From: an uncultured Gammaproteobacteria bacterium
GTDB taxonomy: Bacteria; Patescibacteriota; Microgenomatia; UBA8517
Length of the DNA: 64,000 nt
Reading direction: 5' to 3'
Assembly: GCA_964540475.1 (NCBI GenBank)
Contig: CAZIMC010000001.1
Location: 269,240 to 333,239, forward strand
Below are positions 54,655-64,000 of this stretch, in pieces (within the stretch, counting starts at the first letter, position 1; each line of letters opens with the position of its first letter). The position numbers and the translations under genes are program-made. Below the pieces are notes generated by a model. The model was not told the DNA's origin, did not search any database, and was given only the letters and a program-made list of their open reading frames with translations.

Positions 54655-55298
54655 TTACGGGAAGATCACTTTCTCTCGCGCGAGTGCAAGAGCGATCTTG
54701 GCCCGATTGAGCCCTTCATGGTACATGTTTGGCATGCCCTCAGGAAACAGAAACTCTGTTCGTTCTGGGTGCAGCCAGCAAAGAAGGTACGTGTCGATAA
54801 ATCGACCTTCGCGATACCCTGTTCGTGGTTCCATGCCGATCATGTTGTATCCGACACGCAGTAATGCTTTAAGGGACGCAGGGTTTTCGGTGCGGACGGA
54901 ACTTTTAATCGTCAACCGATTCAAGTAATCCGCCGCAAAGAGCGTCCTTCCCAGGTGCGCCCTGCTGGCAACCCCTTTGCCCCACCAACCTTGGTTCCAG
55001 ATTATGATTCCACTACTTGCGGAACCGAACCTGTCATCGATATGGTGGAGCGAGGTTATGCCGATTGCGGTTTCTGCCCCGTCAGGTTGGATAATCCAAG
55101 TGCAACTGCTCTGGTCTTTCCTGTTCTTCTCGTACCACTCCTCCTCGTTTTCCAGTGATTGCGCAAACAAACCATTTGTGTACATGTGTACACGCATGGA
55201 GTTGAATGCGAGACCAGTACGGGCAAATCAGCCTTGCACAATGGCCTCAGATTAACTGCAAAGCCGTCCAACTCGATACGCATGGTGATCCCGAACAT
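54655..55298 (-). pseudogene. GNAT (RimJ/RimL-like) N-acetyltransferase, frameshifted (or sequencing error)
   Basis: N-terminal part MFGITMRIELDGFAVNLRPLCKADLPVLVSH... in one frame, with RBS aaggag 8 nt upstream of ATG 55298. The remainder ...LFAQSLENEEEWYE...GIIIWNQGWWGKGVASRA... is in another frame. The frames switch near the tandem heptamer gtgtacaTgtgtacaC (about 55185-55200). Locally elevated GC. Confidence 0.55.
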
Positions 55299-55601
55299 CT
55301 TGTTCTCCTTTTTAACTAGTGTGTAAATGTACCAGCCCAACAAGGCGGCCTCCTTTTGTTTGCCTTTAGATTATTGGGCTAGTTAAAGCACCAAGAAGAA
55401 CTAATTGGGGACTTAGCTAGAAGTTTATGCCACGACACCAATAATCCCGTTTAGCGAGATTTGTTAACACGCCCCTGAAGGGCCATAATTGGTGTATGGC
55501 AATATTCCATTACACTCTATATAGTATGGCAAGTAGTCCCCAAAGTCAAACTATAGGTGTATCTATCTAAATTCCAGTTAATTTGTTAAAATACGTCTTA
55601 T

Positions 55602-55633
55602 CCCCAGACAAGTATTAAAGCTTGGGGTTTTTT
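55602..55633 (+). terminator. Hairpin + U6 tract 18 nt upstream of typA (possible terminator of an upstream ncRNA or leader attenuator)
   Basis: ccccag...cttgggg followed by tttttt; no + strand CDS upstream within 300 nt. Confidence 0.35.
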
Positions 55634-55650
55634 GTCTAAAAAATACTAAT

Positions 55651-57471
55651 ATGGATCAAAGAATAATCAATATTGCTGTAATTGCCCACGTTGACCATGG
55701 TAAAACAACTTTGGTTGACGCGCTTTTAAAACAAACTCACGTTTTCCGCGAAAACGAGGAGGAGATGGGCCAATCTCAAATTCTCGACCGAAACGAATTG
55801 GAACGTGAACGGGGGATTACAATCTTAGCTAAAAACTGCGCCATCCGTTACGGGGATTACAAAATTAATATCATAGATACTCCTGGCCACGCGGATTTTT
55901 CAGGGGAGGTTGAGCGAACTCTTGGTATGGCGGACGGGGCACTATTAATAGTAGATGCTCAGGAAGGGCCAATGCCCCAGACTCGGTTCGTTTTGAAAAA
56001 GGCATTGGAACTTGGGCTCAAAGTTATTGTTGTTATCAATAAAATTGACAAAACCTTTGCAAAGCCTGCGGAAGCGCTAGCTAAGGTGGAGAGCTTGTTT
56101 TTGGAAATTGCGAAAGATGAGAACCAATTGGATTTCCCGGTTTTATATGCAATTGGAAGACGAGGGGTTGTTTATAACACCCTACCCAGTGATTTTGAAG
56201 CACCTGGTGATGTAACAGCCCTTCTTGAAACGATAGTTGCCAGTGTTCCCCAAGCTCCGCAAAACCCCGAGAGTTTTAAAATGATGGTTACCTCATTGGA
56301 ATACGATTCCCACATAGGCCGCCTTGCAGTCGGCAAAGTTCAACAGGGAGAAATTACAAAAGGAATGAAAGTTATTCTAACGGACAATCCGAGTAAAGTT
56401 TTTACGGTTGAAAAATTGTTTGTTTATGAGGGCTTAGGAAAAGCGGAAGTGCGGGTGGCCAGAAGTGGTGAAATAGTTTGCTTTGCCGGAGTAACGGATG
56501 TAAAAATTGGGGGTACCATTGCAACGCCCGGGGATACGCAAGGTCTTCCAGTCGTATTTATTAGTGAGCCCACACTGCATATGACTGTCGGGCCAAATAC
56601 TTCACCTTTCGCAGGACGAGAGGGGGAATTTGTTACAAGCAGGCAAATAGATGAAAGATTAACGCGTGAACTTGAACACAATTTAAGCCTTCGGCTTGAA
56701 AGGCTGGGAAATGGGAAATTTGTAATTTCCGGGCGCGGCGAACTTCACCTTTCGGTGCTTTTAGAAACAATGAGACGAGAGGGATATGAGATGGAGGTGG
56801 GCAAACCTGAGGTTATTATTAAAGTTGTGGATGGGGTAACCCAAGAGCCTTTTGAGGATGTATCAGTAGTAGTTACAAATGAATTTGTAGGGGTTGTGAC
56901 TGAAGAATTTGGAAAGCGGTATGCGGATCTTGTAAACATGAGCCCGATTAGCGAAACGGAAGTTGAGTTTATTTTTCATATGCCGACACGCGCATTAATC
57001 GGCCTTCGAAGTCATTTACTTACGGCGACAAAAGGAACAGTTATTTTTAATTCAAGCTTTGCAGGATTTGAAAAGAAAGGCAAAGACGTTCCCAAGATCA
57101 GGCGCGGTGCCTTAATTGCAGATCAGGCAGGGGAGGCGTTGGCTTATGGGCTTAATAACGCCCAAGGGAGGGGGATTACTTTTATTGATCCGGGTACGCA
57201 AGTTTATGAGGGAATGATAGTTGGAGTAAATGCTAAAGACGAGGATATTACCCTTAACATTTGTAAAGGTAAAAAGCTTACCAACATGCGTTCAAAGTCT
57301 TCGGATGGCGTAATCCAACTTACTCCGGCCACAAAGCTTTCATTGGAGCAGTCGTTGGATTTTTTGGAAAAAGACGAGCTTTTGGAAATTACACCTAAAG
57401 CTCTGAGGCTTAGAAAAAAATACCTCACAGACTTCGAAAGAAGAAGATTTAGCAGGTCAGTAAACGCCTAA
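55651..57471 (+). CDS. typA: Translational GTPase TypA/BipA
   Basis: N-terminal NIAVIAHVDHGKTTLVD, DTPGHADF, NKID; about 600 aa EF-G-like architecture typical of BipA. Confidence 0.9.
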   Translation: MDQRIINIAVIAHVDHGKTTLVDALLKQTHVFRENEEEMGQSQILDRNELERERGITILAKNCAIRYGDYKINIIDTPGHADFSGEVERTLGMADGALLIVDAQEGPMPQTRFVLKKALELGLKVIVVINKIDKTFAKPAEALAKVESLFLEIAKDENQLDFPVLYAIGRRGVVYNTLPSDFEAPGDVTALLETIVASVPQAPQNPESFKMMVTSLEYDSHIGRLAVGKVQQGEITKGMKVILTDNPSKVFTVEKLFVYEGLGKAEVRVARSGEIVCFAGVTDVKIGGTIATPGDTQGLPVVFISEPTLHMTVGPNTSPFAGREGEFVTSRQIDERLTRELEHNLSLRLERLGNGKFVISGRGELHLSVLLETMRREGYEMEVGKPEVIIKVVDGVTQEPFEDVSVVVTNEFVGVVTEEFGKRYADLVNMSPISETEVEFIFHMPTRALIGLRSHLLTATKGTVIFNSSFAGFEKKGKDVPKIRRGALIADQAGEALAYGLNNAQGRGITFIDPGTQVYEGMIVGVNAKDEDITLNICKGKKLTNMRSKSSDGVIQLTPATKLSLEQSLDFLEKDELLEITPKALRLRKKYLTDFERRRFSRSVNA

Positions 57472-58514
57472 TTCTTTAAATGCTTATCAAAGAAGGCTAT
57501 TGAGCGTTGCATTGCTAGGCTAAAATTTTGACTGATATTATGATCGTCCCCGCGGTATGTATATATTTCGACTTCTTTGCCTACTGTGCGCATTTGCTCG
57601 GCAAGTTTCTCGGAAAACTCAACAGGGACGGAAGTGTCGGAAGTGCCGTGGTGGAGCTGAAGCGGTCCCGAGATCTCATGTAAGTAATTGTTGGCAGATA
57701 TAGAATTCCAAAATGTCGGGTTTTGCTCGGGGGAGCCAAATGTTTGCGTTAATTCATCTCTCCACCTTCTAGCCTGAGGCAATAAGGTTGGTGCGGGAGT
57801 TGGTGAAGGTCTATTTCTGCGCCAGTTATTTAATAAGTCCTCATATGAGGCAACGACTCCCGCCCAGATTACCCCAGCTTTAACATCTTCTCTTACAACC
57901 ATATTCCTAAGCGTTATATAACCGCCCATTGAATGTCCCCACATACCAATTTTTTCCGGGTTAACGTCTTCGTGATTTTTTACCGCTGATACAGCATTAA
58001 TGACATCGATTGTGTAGCTGTTACTGCCGTAGCCTCCTCGAGCGTCCCCTTCGGAATTTCCATGACCGCGGTAGTCGGACCTAAAAACTACATATCCATT
58101 TCTTGCAAAACCATCAACGTAGGCTACGTACCTTTCTGTGGTTCTATACTGTGCAGGGGGAATATATCCATGATTAAAAATAATCGCCGGAAACCCACCT
58201 TCCGGTTTAGTGGTATTAGGAACAGTTAAAAGGCCATAAATTTTTAAGCCCTCAGATTGGTAGCTTGCAACATACCTGCTATAGTTACTTCCAGGGCTTA
58301 AGACCTCTTCAATCAAAAGCTCACTCTCCGGGAAATTTGCTTTTCTTAAGTATTCAATCGACAGCGGATGAAGCTCCAACAATTTTTCCTGAATTGGTGC
58401 GGCAATATTTTGCGTTAGCCTTGAGAGATTTTGATTGAAACTATTTCGTCTTAAAGAATATGCAGTAAGTAGGGTAATTGCTGCCAATATTACAAATACA
58501 GACCACTTTTTCAT
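57468..58514 (-). CDS. Secreted alpha/beta hydrolase (S9 peptidase/dienelactone hydrolase-like)
   Basis: Signal peptide; nucleophile elbow GMWGHSMGGYITL; C-terminal ...HGTSDTSVP... (Asp/His region). Confidence 0.65.
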   Translation of the reverse strand: MKKWSVFVILAAITLLTAYSLRRNSFNQNLSRLTQNIAAPIQEKLLELHPLSIEYLRKANFPESELLIEEVLSPGSNYSRYVASYQSEGLKIYGLLTVPNTTKPEGGFPAIIFNHGYIPPAQYRTTERYVAYVDGFARNGYVVFRSDYRGHGNSEGDARGGYGSNSYTIDVINAVSAVKNHEDVNPEKIGMWGHSMGGYITLRNMVVREDVKAGVIWAGVVASYEDLLNNWRRNRPSPTPAPTLLPQARRWRDELTQTFGSPEQNPTFWNSISANNYLHEISGPLQLHHGTSDTSVPVEFSEKLAEQMRTVGKEVEIYTYRGDDHNISQNFSLAMQRSIAFFDKHLKN

Positions 58515-58563
58515 TTCATTAATTATACTTGAGTATGTAAAGGTGGTATCATTTTAAACTTCA

Positions 58564-59739
58564 ATGAAATTTTCATTTGAGCTAATCAAAAAAGACAAGA
58601 AAACCAAAGCGCGTACGGGAGTAATAACAACTGCCAACGGTGTTATTAAAACACCTAGTTTTTCACCGGTTGCTACAAGGGCTTCAGTCCGAGGACTTTC
58701 GATAGAAGATCTTATTAACGCAAAATCTCAAGTTGTACTTGCAAATACCTATCATTTGTATTTGCAGCCTGGAACTAAAGTAATAAAAAAGTTTGGGGGA
58801 TTTGCCCCGTACATGGGTTGGACTGGGCCGACAATTACAGATTCCGGAGGTTATCAGGTTTCGTTTTTGTGGACGCCAAAGGAAAAGATAGGCCACAGAA
58901 AACGGGTAGCTAAACGTAAGGTTAAAATTACCGATGAGGGAGCTGTTTTTACATCCCATATAGATGGAAGTAGACACCTTCTTACCCCTGAAAAATCGAT
59001 GCAAATCCAAAAGGATCTAGGGGCAGATATTACTATGGCATTTGATCAGCCCTTGGGAAGTAATTATTCAAGTAAAAAAAGCGCAGAGGCGTTTAACAGA
59101 ACTTTAAAATGGGAAGAGAGAAGCTTCGTAGCCTGGAAGAAATTAAAAAGCACCCAAGCACTTTTTGGAATTATTCAGGGGGATTTAGATAAAAAGCTGC
59201 GCGAGCAGTCTTTAAGATTTATTTTACAAATGGGTTTTCCTGGTCTTGCGATGGGAGGCGAATCGATTGGTGCAAATCCGGGGGTAACGGCAGAAAGCCT
59301 TGATTTGATAGCGGACCTCTTACCGGATGATAAGCCCCTTCATACTCTTGGTCTGGGTGGGGGGCCAGAGGGAATATTCGAAGCAGTACAAAGAGGCATG
59401 GACACGTTTGATAATACCGGAATAACCAGAATGGCAAGGACGGGTCTACTATTTATATACCCGGAAGACGGTGGAAAAAGAGAAAATAAATTCCGGGTTG
59501 ATGTTACAAAATCCAAATTTTCGGAAAGTAAAAAGCCCGTTAGCAAAATTTGTAAATGTTATGCTTGCACCCACTATTCTGCAGGCTATATTTCTCATTT
59601 AATTAAATCAGAAGAACTTTTGGGTTTAAGGCTTACTAGTCTGCATAACGTTCGTTTTATAAACGATTTAATGGAAAGAATTAGAAGTTCAATTGAAGAA
59701 AATAACTTCTTAATCCTAAAGAAAGAATGGTTGGGCTAG
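58564..59739 (+). CDS. tgt: Queuine tRNA-ribosyltransferase (tRNA-guanine transglycosylase)
   Basis: N-terminal ...ARTGVITTANGVIKTPSF..., ...LGLGGGPEGIF... and zinc site CKCYACTHYSAGYISHL. Confidence 0.85.
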   Translation: MKFSFELIKKDKKTKARTGVITTANGVIKTPSFSPVATRASVRGLSIEDLINAKSQVVLANTYHLYLQPGTKVIKKFGGFAPYMGWTGPTITDSGGYQVSFLWTPKEKIGHRKRVAKRKVKITDEGAVFTSHIDGSRHLLTPEKSMQIQKDLGADITMAFDQPLGSNYSSKKSAEAFNRTLKWEERSFVAWKKLKSTQALFGIIQGDLDKKLREQSLRFILQMGFPGLAMGGESIGANPGVTAESLDLIADLLPDDKPLHTLGLGGGPEGIFEAVQRGMDTFDNTGITRMARTGLLFIYPEDGGKRENKFRVDVTKSKFSESKKPVSKICKCYACTHYSAGYISHLIKSEELLGLRLTSLHNVRFINDLMERIRSSIEENNFLILKKEWLG

Positions 59740-60120
59740 AAGCTTTGGAAAAAAAATTAGCGCACCTACGGCTACCGCTAAAACGGAGGTCAGAAGGACG
59801 GCGGCAGCGGAAACATCTTTGGCAACTTTGGCCTTTTCCTGCACCTCTGGACTTACAATGTCAACAACTGCTTCAATTGCGGTATTGACTAGCTCCATAA
59901 TCAGAACAAAAAATATTGTAAAAATTAATATAAGCCACTCAAGTGAAGAAAGCCCCAGATATACTGCAAATGCGGTCGCAAGAATCGCAATAACGATATG
60001 AATCCGGAAGTTTGGTTCCTGTACAAGAGCTGTCTTAATTCCAGAAAATGCAAAACCAAAGCTTTTTATTGTTGAATGCTTTACTCCCATACCTTTAGTA
60101 TAGTTAGGCTTGTTGGGCAA
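59716..60120 (-). CDS. dgkA: Diacylglycerol kinase family protein (DgkA/undecaprenol kinase-like)
   Basis: About 130 aa, 3 TM; ...RIHIVIAILA...IFFVLIMELVNTAIEAVVD... conserved DgkA motifs. Confidence 0.7.
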   Translation of the reverse strand: MPNKPNYTKGMGVKHSTIKSFGFAFSGIKTALVQEPNFRIHIVIAILATAFAVYLGLSSLEWLILIFTIFFVLIMELVNTAIEAVVDIVSPEVQEKAKVAKDVSAAAVLLTSVLAVAVGALIFFPKLLAQPFFL

Positions 60121-60144
60121 GTAAAGTCTATGCTAGCATGAATA

Positions 60145-60810
60145 GTGACTAAAAAGGCCTACATATTTACGCTTTTTTCAGTTGCTGCTCTAGCAGCCTC
60201 TTTTGTTATATTTAAAATTACAAGCGAGAAAGTGTTGGGAGCATATTCCTGTCAGGCTTCTGATTTAAGCGGTGAACTAACAAATGAATATACTGCTTTT
60301 TATAACGGCGAGAGCTTTCCCGTTCCTCAAATAGCATTTTCAGATAGTTCGGAAAGGGTTTTGGGTATTACTGATCAAAACAAGTGGATTGAGGTGGATT
60401 TAAGCGACCAGATGCTTAGAGCCTGGGAAGGAGATAGCTTGTACCTGGAAACAAAAGTTTCAACAGGTTTGCCCTGGTGGCCAACACCTAAAGGGGAATT
60501 TTGGGTCGGGTATAAGATTCAAGCACAGAAGATGGAGGGTGGGCAGGGTAAATACTATTATTATCTGCCTAACGTTCCGTTTGTAATGTTTTTTGGAAAC
60601 GATAAAATGCCATGGTGGAAAGGGTATGGATTGCACGGAGCATATTGGCATAATGATTTCGGAACAAGGCGTTCTCACGGTTGTGTGAATCTTCCTATAC
60701 CGGTAGCTGAAAAATTATATTATTGGGCCGGACCGGTAGTGCCAGAGGGAAAAAGATTTGCCCGAGCAGACGCTGCAAATCCGGGCACGAGAGTTGTAAT
60801 TCACGAATGA
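60145..60810 (+). CDS. L,D-transpeptidase (YkuD domain)
   Basis: Catalytic ...RRSHGCVNLP... (His/Cys) block; N-terminal TM. Confidence 0.7.
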   Translation: MTKKAYIFTLFSVAALAASFVIFKITSEKVLGAYSCQASDLSGELTNEYTAFYNGESFPVPQIAFSDSSERVLGITDQNKWIEVDLSDQMLRAWEGDSLYLETKVSTGLPWWPTPKGEFWVGYKIQAQKMEGGQGKYYYYLPNVPFVMFFGNDKMPWWKGYGLHGAYWHNDFGTRRSHGCVNLPIPVAEKLYYWAGPVVPEGKRFARADAANPGTRVVIHE

Positions 60811-61274
60811 ACTATCTTATTACATTTGTTGCAAGCTTTTTAATTTGGATAATGTTTGCAGGACTTTTCGTTTTGTGGTTTATTGATGGCAAAATCAAAA
60901 AGGAACAGGTCCTTCATGCACTTCTGGCAGTCGGAATTTCTTGGGTTGCAACTCATATATTAAAAGACATGTTTGAGGTTCCACGACCCTTCGTGTTGGA
61001 AGGAGTAAGGCCCTTAACATTGTTTGTTAGTAGTGGTGAAGATTGGGCATTCCCTTCGAGTCATGCTGCAATTGCTGCCGCAATGGCAACAACTGTTTGG
61101 CTTCATGACAAAAAGGTTGGATTAATATTTATTTCAGGGGCCTTGCTTGTAGGAGCGGGGCGGGTTATGAGCCTGTCTCACTATCCACTGGATATTGCAG
61201 GGGGTGCATTTATTGGAATAGTGGTTGCTTTATTAATCGAAAAATTGCATTTGTTTAAAATCACCCCTAAATAG
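60807..61274 (+). CDS. PAP2-family phosphatase (undecaprenyl-diphosphatase-like)
   Basis: PAP2 motifs KDMFEVPRP, PSSH, SLSHYPLDIAGG; ATG overlaps the upstream stop (ATGA). True start is the internal Met of the listed 60723 ORF. Confidence 0.7.
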   Translation: MNYLITFVASFLIWIMFAGLFVLWFIDGKIKKEQVLHALLAVGISWVATHILKDMFEVPRPFVLEGVRPLTLFVSSGEDWAFPSSHAAIAAAMATTVWLHDKKVGLIFISGALLVGAGRVMSLSHYPLDIAGGAFIGIVVALLIEKLHLFKITPK

Positions 61275-61343
61275 ACTATCCGCATCGACAATATCGGGAT
61301 TGACTTTTAGCAGTTGGGGTGCTAGACTGCTAGAACATCGAGC

Positions 61344-63782
61344 ATGAAGGAAGATAATAAAAATCCCAAAAAAGGTTTGGAAAGAACAGTTCCAGTTGTT
61401 GCGATTCGGGGTTCGGTTGTTTTTCCCCACACAGATACACTACTTTCCTTTGGTAGGCCCAAATCCATACAGGCAGTAAATTCAGCTTTTCAGGAAGATA
61501 AGGTTGTGGCTATATTCACTCAAAAAGATCCGAGGACTACGGATCCAACTGAAACAGACCTTAATCTTCACGGAACCATTGCGACAATAAGTCAAATGAT
61601 GTCAACTGAGGGGGAAATACATGCTCTAGTTCGAGGGCATGCCCGGATTAGACTAGAAGAAGTAATTTCCAGCTCTCCATATTTACTTGGGAGGGTTACA
61701 GAAATTGAAGAAGAAAAGAGCGACTCACCTGAAGTCGCTGCACTGGCAACACAGCTTTCGGAGCTATTTAAAAAGGCAATTAACCTGGGTAAGCAAGCGG
61801 AGGTAATGACGGTTATGAGGCTTGTTTCAGGGCAGGTTGATCCGGGAGAACTGGTTGATCAAATTGCAACCATTCTTGATATCAAAGTAAACGAAAAGCA
61901 AAAGCTTCTTGAAACTTTTTCCCTTCAAAAACGGTTGGAAAAAGTAATTTCCCTTCTTGCCCATGAAGTAAATGTCTTGGAAATTGAAAGAACTATTTCC
62001 TCAAAAACTCAAAAAAGATTTGAAGAGCAGATGAGGAAGGCGATGCTTCGAGAAAAGAAGAAAACTATTGAAGAAGAACTAGGCGAAGAGGCAGATGAAG
62101 ATGTATTGGCTGACGAAGCTGCGGAATATAAAGCAAAAATTAAAAAGGCACAAATGCCTGTCGATGTAGAAAAACGAGCCAATAAGGAACTCAAGAGATT
62201 AACACAACTCTCACCCCACAATCCTGAGGGGGCATACATAAGAAACTATCTTGATTGGTTGGTTGATATGCCGTGGAGCACTGTATCACCTAACAATATT
62301 TCGGTTAAAAACGCAAAGAAAATACTTGAAAAAGGGCATTATGGCTTGGATAAGACAAAAGAGCGAATTTTAGAGTTTTTGTCGGTCATGAAGCTTAAAA
62401 ATGCCCATAAAAAGAGCAAAACCGCACTTGAATCCCAACCCACAATACTTTGTTTTATAGGCCCTCCGGGTGTAGGCAAGACCTCCATTGGAAAGTCTAT
62501 TGCAGAAGCTTTGGGCCGCAAGTTTGTTCGTGTCTCTTTGGGGGGAATCCGGGATGAAGCTGAAATCAGGGGTCATAGAAGAACCTATGTAGGGGCTCTT
62601 CCGGGAAGAATAATTCAAGGGATTAAAAACGCCGGAACAAAAAACCCAGTATTTATGCTTGATGAAATTGACAAAGTTGGGATGGATTTTAGGGGGGACC
62701 CGACATCAGCCCTCCTTGAAGCTCTTGACCCTGAACAAAATAAAGAGTTCTCAGACCACTATCTGGAAGTACCTTTCGACCTTTCAGAAGTCATGTTTGT
62801 TGCAACAGGAAATGTACTAGAAACAATTCCAGCGGCTCTGCGGGATCGAATGGAAGTTATCCGCTTCCCTGGTTACACCGAAGAGGAAAAATTCCACATT
62901 GCCGAAAACTTCATTTGGCCAAAGCAAGTAAAAGTTCACGGCCTGGAGGATAAGAAAATAAAATTAAGCGAAAAGGCCCTAAAAGAAATTATTAATCGCT
63001 ACACCAGAGAATCTGGAGTCAGAAACTTAGAGAGGAATTTGGCTGGAATTTGTAGAAAGCTTGCGATGCTTATAGCAGAAAATAAAAAGTTTCCAAAAGT
63101 CATTAATTCTATCGATGTACATAAGTTCCTGGGACCGCAGAAATTTACTTCGCTCATAGCTGAAAAGGTGGACGAGGTGGGTATGGCAACCGGTTTGGCA
63201 GTAACTGCAACAGGGGGAGAGATTTTGTTTATCGAGGTTGCATTAATGCCTGGTAAGGGAAGACTGACCTTAACAGGGCAGTTGGGCGAGGTTATGCAGG
63301 AGTCTGCCAAAGCCGCTTTCACTTGGGCAAAAAGTCATTATCAAGACTTAGGATTAAGGGAGGATTTTGGGAAAGGAATAGATGTTCATATCCATGTTCC
63401 TGAGGGGGCGGTACCAAAAGATGGACCATCAGCTGGTATTGCACTTTCAACCGCGTTAGTTTCAGCATTAACTGGCATTCCAGTCAAGCGAAACGTTGGT
63501 ATGACCGGAGAAGTTACACTGCGCGGACGTGTGTTGGAGATTGGCGGAGTTAAGGAAAAAGTTATTGCAGGCCACAGAGCAGGCTTAAAGACAATAATTC
63601 TTCCAAGAGACAACAAAAAAGATATGGAAGACGTACCGGAGAAGGTTAAGAAGGACATTAATTTTGTATTTGCTAGTCGCTTAAGCGAGGTATTGGAAGT
63701 TGCGCTTAAAACCTGGCCTCCAAAACATGCAATAAAAATGCGCAAATACACTTCAATCCCTACCCTTTTGGCTGCCAACTAG
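61344..63782 (+). CDS. lon: ATP-dependent Lon protease
   Basis: N-terminal LON domain, AAA+ Walker A GPPGVGKTS, protease active site ...PKDGPSAGIALSTALVSAL... (Ser) and downstream Lys. Confidence 0.9.
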   Translation: MKEDNKNPKKGLERTVPVVAIRGSVVFPHTDTLLSFGRPKSIQAVNSAFQEDKVVAIFTQKDPRTTDPTETDLNLHGTIATISQMMSTEGEIHALVRGHARIRLEEVISSSPYLLGRVTEIEEEKSDSPEVAALATQLSELFKKAINLGKQAEVMTVMRLVSGQVDPGELVDQIATILDIKVNEKQKLLETFSLQKRLEKVISLLAHEVNVLEIERTISSKTQKRFEEQMRKAMLREKKKTIEEELGEEADEDVLADEAAEYKAKIKKAQMPVDVEKRANKELKRLTQLSPHNPEGAYIRNYLDWLVDMPWSTVSPNNISVKNAKKILEKGHYGLDKTKERILEFLSVMKLKNAHKKSKTALESQPTILCFIGPPGVGKTSIGKSIAEALGRKFVRVSLGGIRDEAEIRGHRRTYVGALPGRIIQGIKNAGTKNPVFMLDEIDKVGMDFRGDPTSALLEALDPEQNKEFSDHYLEVPFDLSEVMFVATGNVLETIPAALRDRMEVIRFPGYTEEEKFHIAENFIWPKQVKVHGLEDKKIKLSEKALKEIINRYTRESGVRNLERNLAGICRKLAMLIAENKKFPKVINSIDVHKFLGPQKFTSLIAEKVDEVGMATGLAVTATGGEILFIEVALMPGKGRLTLTGQLGEVMQESAKAAFTWAKSHYQDLGLREDFGKGIDVHIHVPEGAVPKDGPSAGIALSTALVSALTGIPVKRNVGMTGEVTLRGRVLEIGGVKEKVIAGHRAGLKTIILPRDNKKDMEDVPEKVKKDINFVFASRLSEVLEVALKTWPPKHAIKMRKYTSIPTLLAAN

Positions 63783-64000
63783 AGCGTTAATAGATCAAGC
63801 AAAGCCGCTGCCGACCAAGCTTGCTCGCGGCAGCTGGTTTGCCCGTTTCCGTTGTTAAACTCCTGATACACCCCTTCTCTACTCCTTATATAAAGTTCAA
63901 TCGGGCTTTGGAAAAAGTCTATTGGCTTAAGGCTTGCTTCTTTGAGAAGCTCTGCCTCCAAACTAAAGCCCCATTTAACAAGACCTTCATGAATAAGGCC
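63779..64000 (-). CDS. C-terminal fragment of an amylo-alpha-1,6-glucosidase/GDE_C-like glycoside hydrolase (gene start outside window)
   Basis: Minus-strand frame open to the window edge; ...REGVYQEFNNGNGQTSCREQAWSAAALLDLLTL resembles the conserved C-terminus (..C.EQAWSAA..L) of glycogen-debranching-type hydrolases. Confidence 0.45.
   Translation of the reverse strand, partial: GLIHEGLVKWGFSLEAELLKEASLKPIDFFQSPIELYIRSREGVYQEFNNGNGQTSCREQAWSAAALLDLLTL

Noticed and set aside
54601-55255. Several plus-strand ORFs (54601..54864, 54614..54928, 54955..55158, 54977..55255)
   Set aside because: Antisense shadows of the GC-rich GNAT pseudogene.
1-64000. CRISPR arrays, rRNA genes, integrase/transposase genes
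   Set aside because: No regularly spaced direct repeats, no rRNA-like conserved blocks, and no tyrosine/serine recombinase or DDE transposase motifs were seen on either strand.

Overview
The window is a gene-dense, low-GC (about 40% by eye) bacterial segment, coded mostly on the + strand. Many short intergenic gaps and overlapping start/stop codons indicate operons. The core gene set looks like a small-genome bacterium, possibly a CPR/Patescibacteria-like lineage (inference from gene content: AspRS without GAD domain, a DUF5679 mini-protein, many DUF proteins). Recognisable core genes: rny (3' part), hup, an ABC-2 exporter, RNase P RNA (rnpB), comM, dtd, rhomboid, PP2C, nth, secD/secF, thermonuclease, THUMP and SAM methyltransferases, cca, recJ, aspS, a D-Ala-D-Ala carboxypeptidase, gltX, hpt, tRNA-Gln(CUG), two NUDIX genes, a UDG-like gene, a DEAD-box helicase, YdjM, an intradiol-dioxygenase-like gene, an S1 protease, typA, tgt, dgkA, an L,D-transpeptidase, PAP2 and lon. 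No rRNA and no CRISPR array were found. The most unusual region is an accessory island of about 12 kb (43.2-55.4 kb) between the S1 protease and typA. It carries an EcoRI-family m6A methyltransferase overlapping a DUF262(ParB-like)-HNH nuclease. Next comes a small multi-TM protein overlapping a ThsB-like TIR-domain gene, which is a candidate minimal Thoeris-like/TIR-effector defence pair with no SIR2/SLOG/Macro partner. Downstream are three tiny ORFs behind a near-consensus promoter, a DEDD exonuclease, several HExxH metalloprotease-like proteins, and a frameshifted GNAT gene in a GC-rich patch. A second notable signal is a palindromic repeat element of about 75-100 bp present in three copies, one inserted in-frame inside cca. 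Also noted: a compact RNase P RNA, an unannotated 44-aa zinc-ribbon ORF, tandem paralogous genes of unknown function, and a 14-nt duplication of the tRNA-Gln 5' end.
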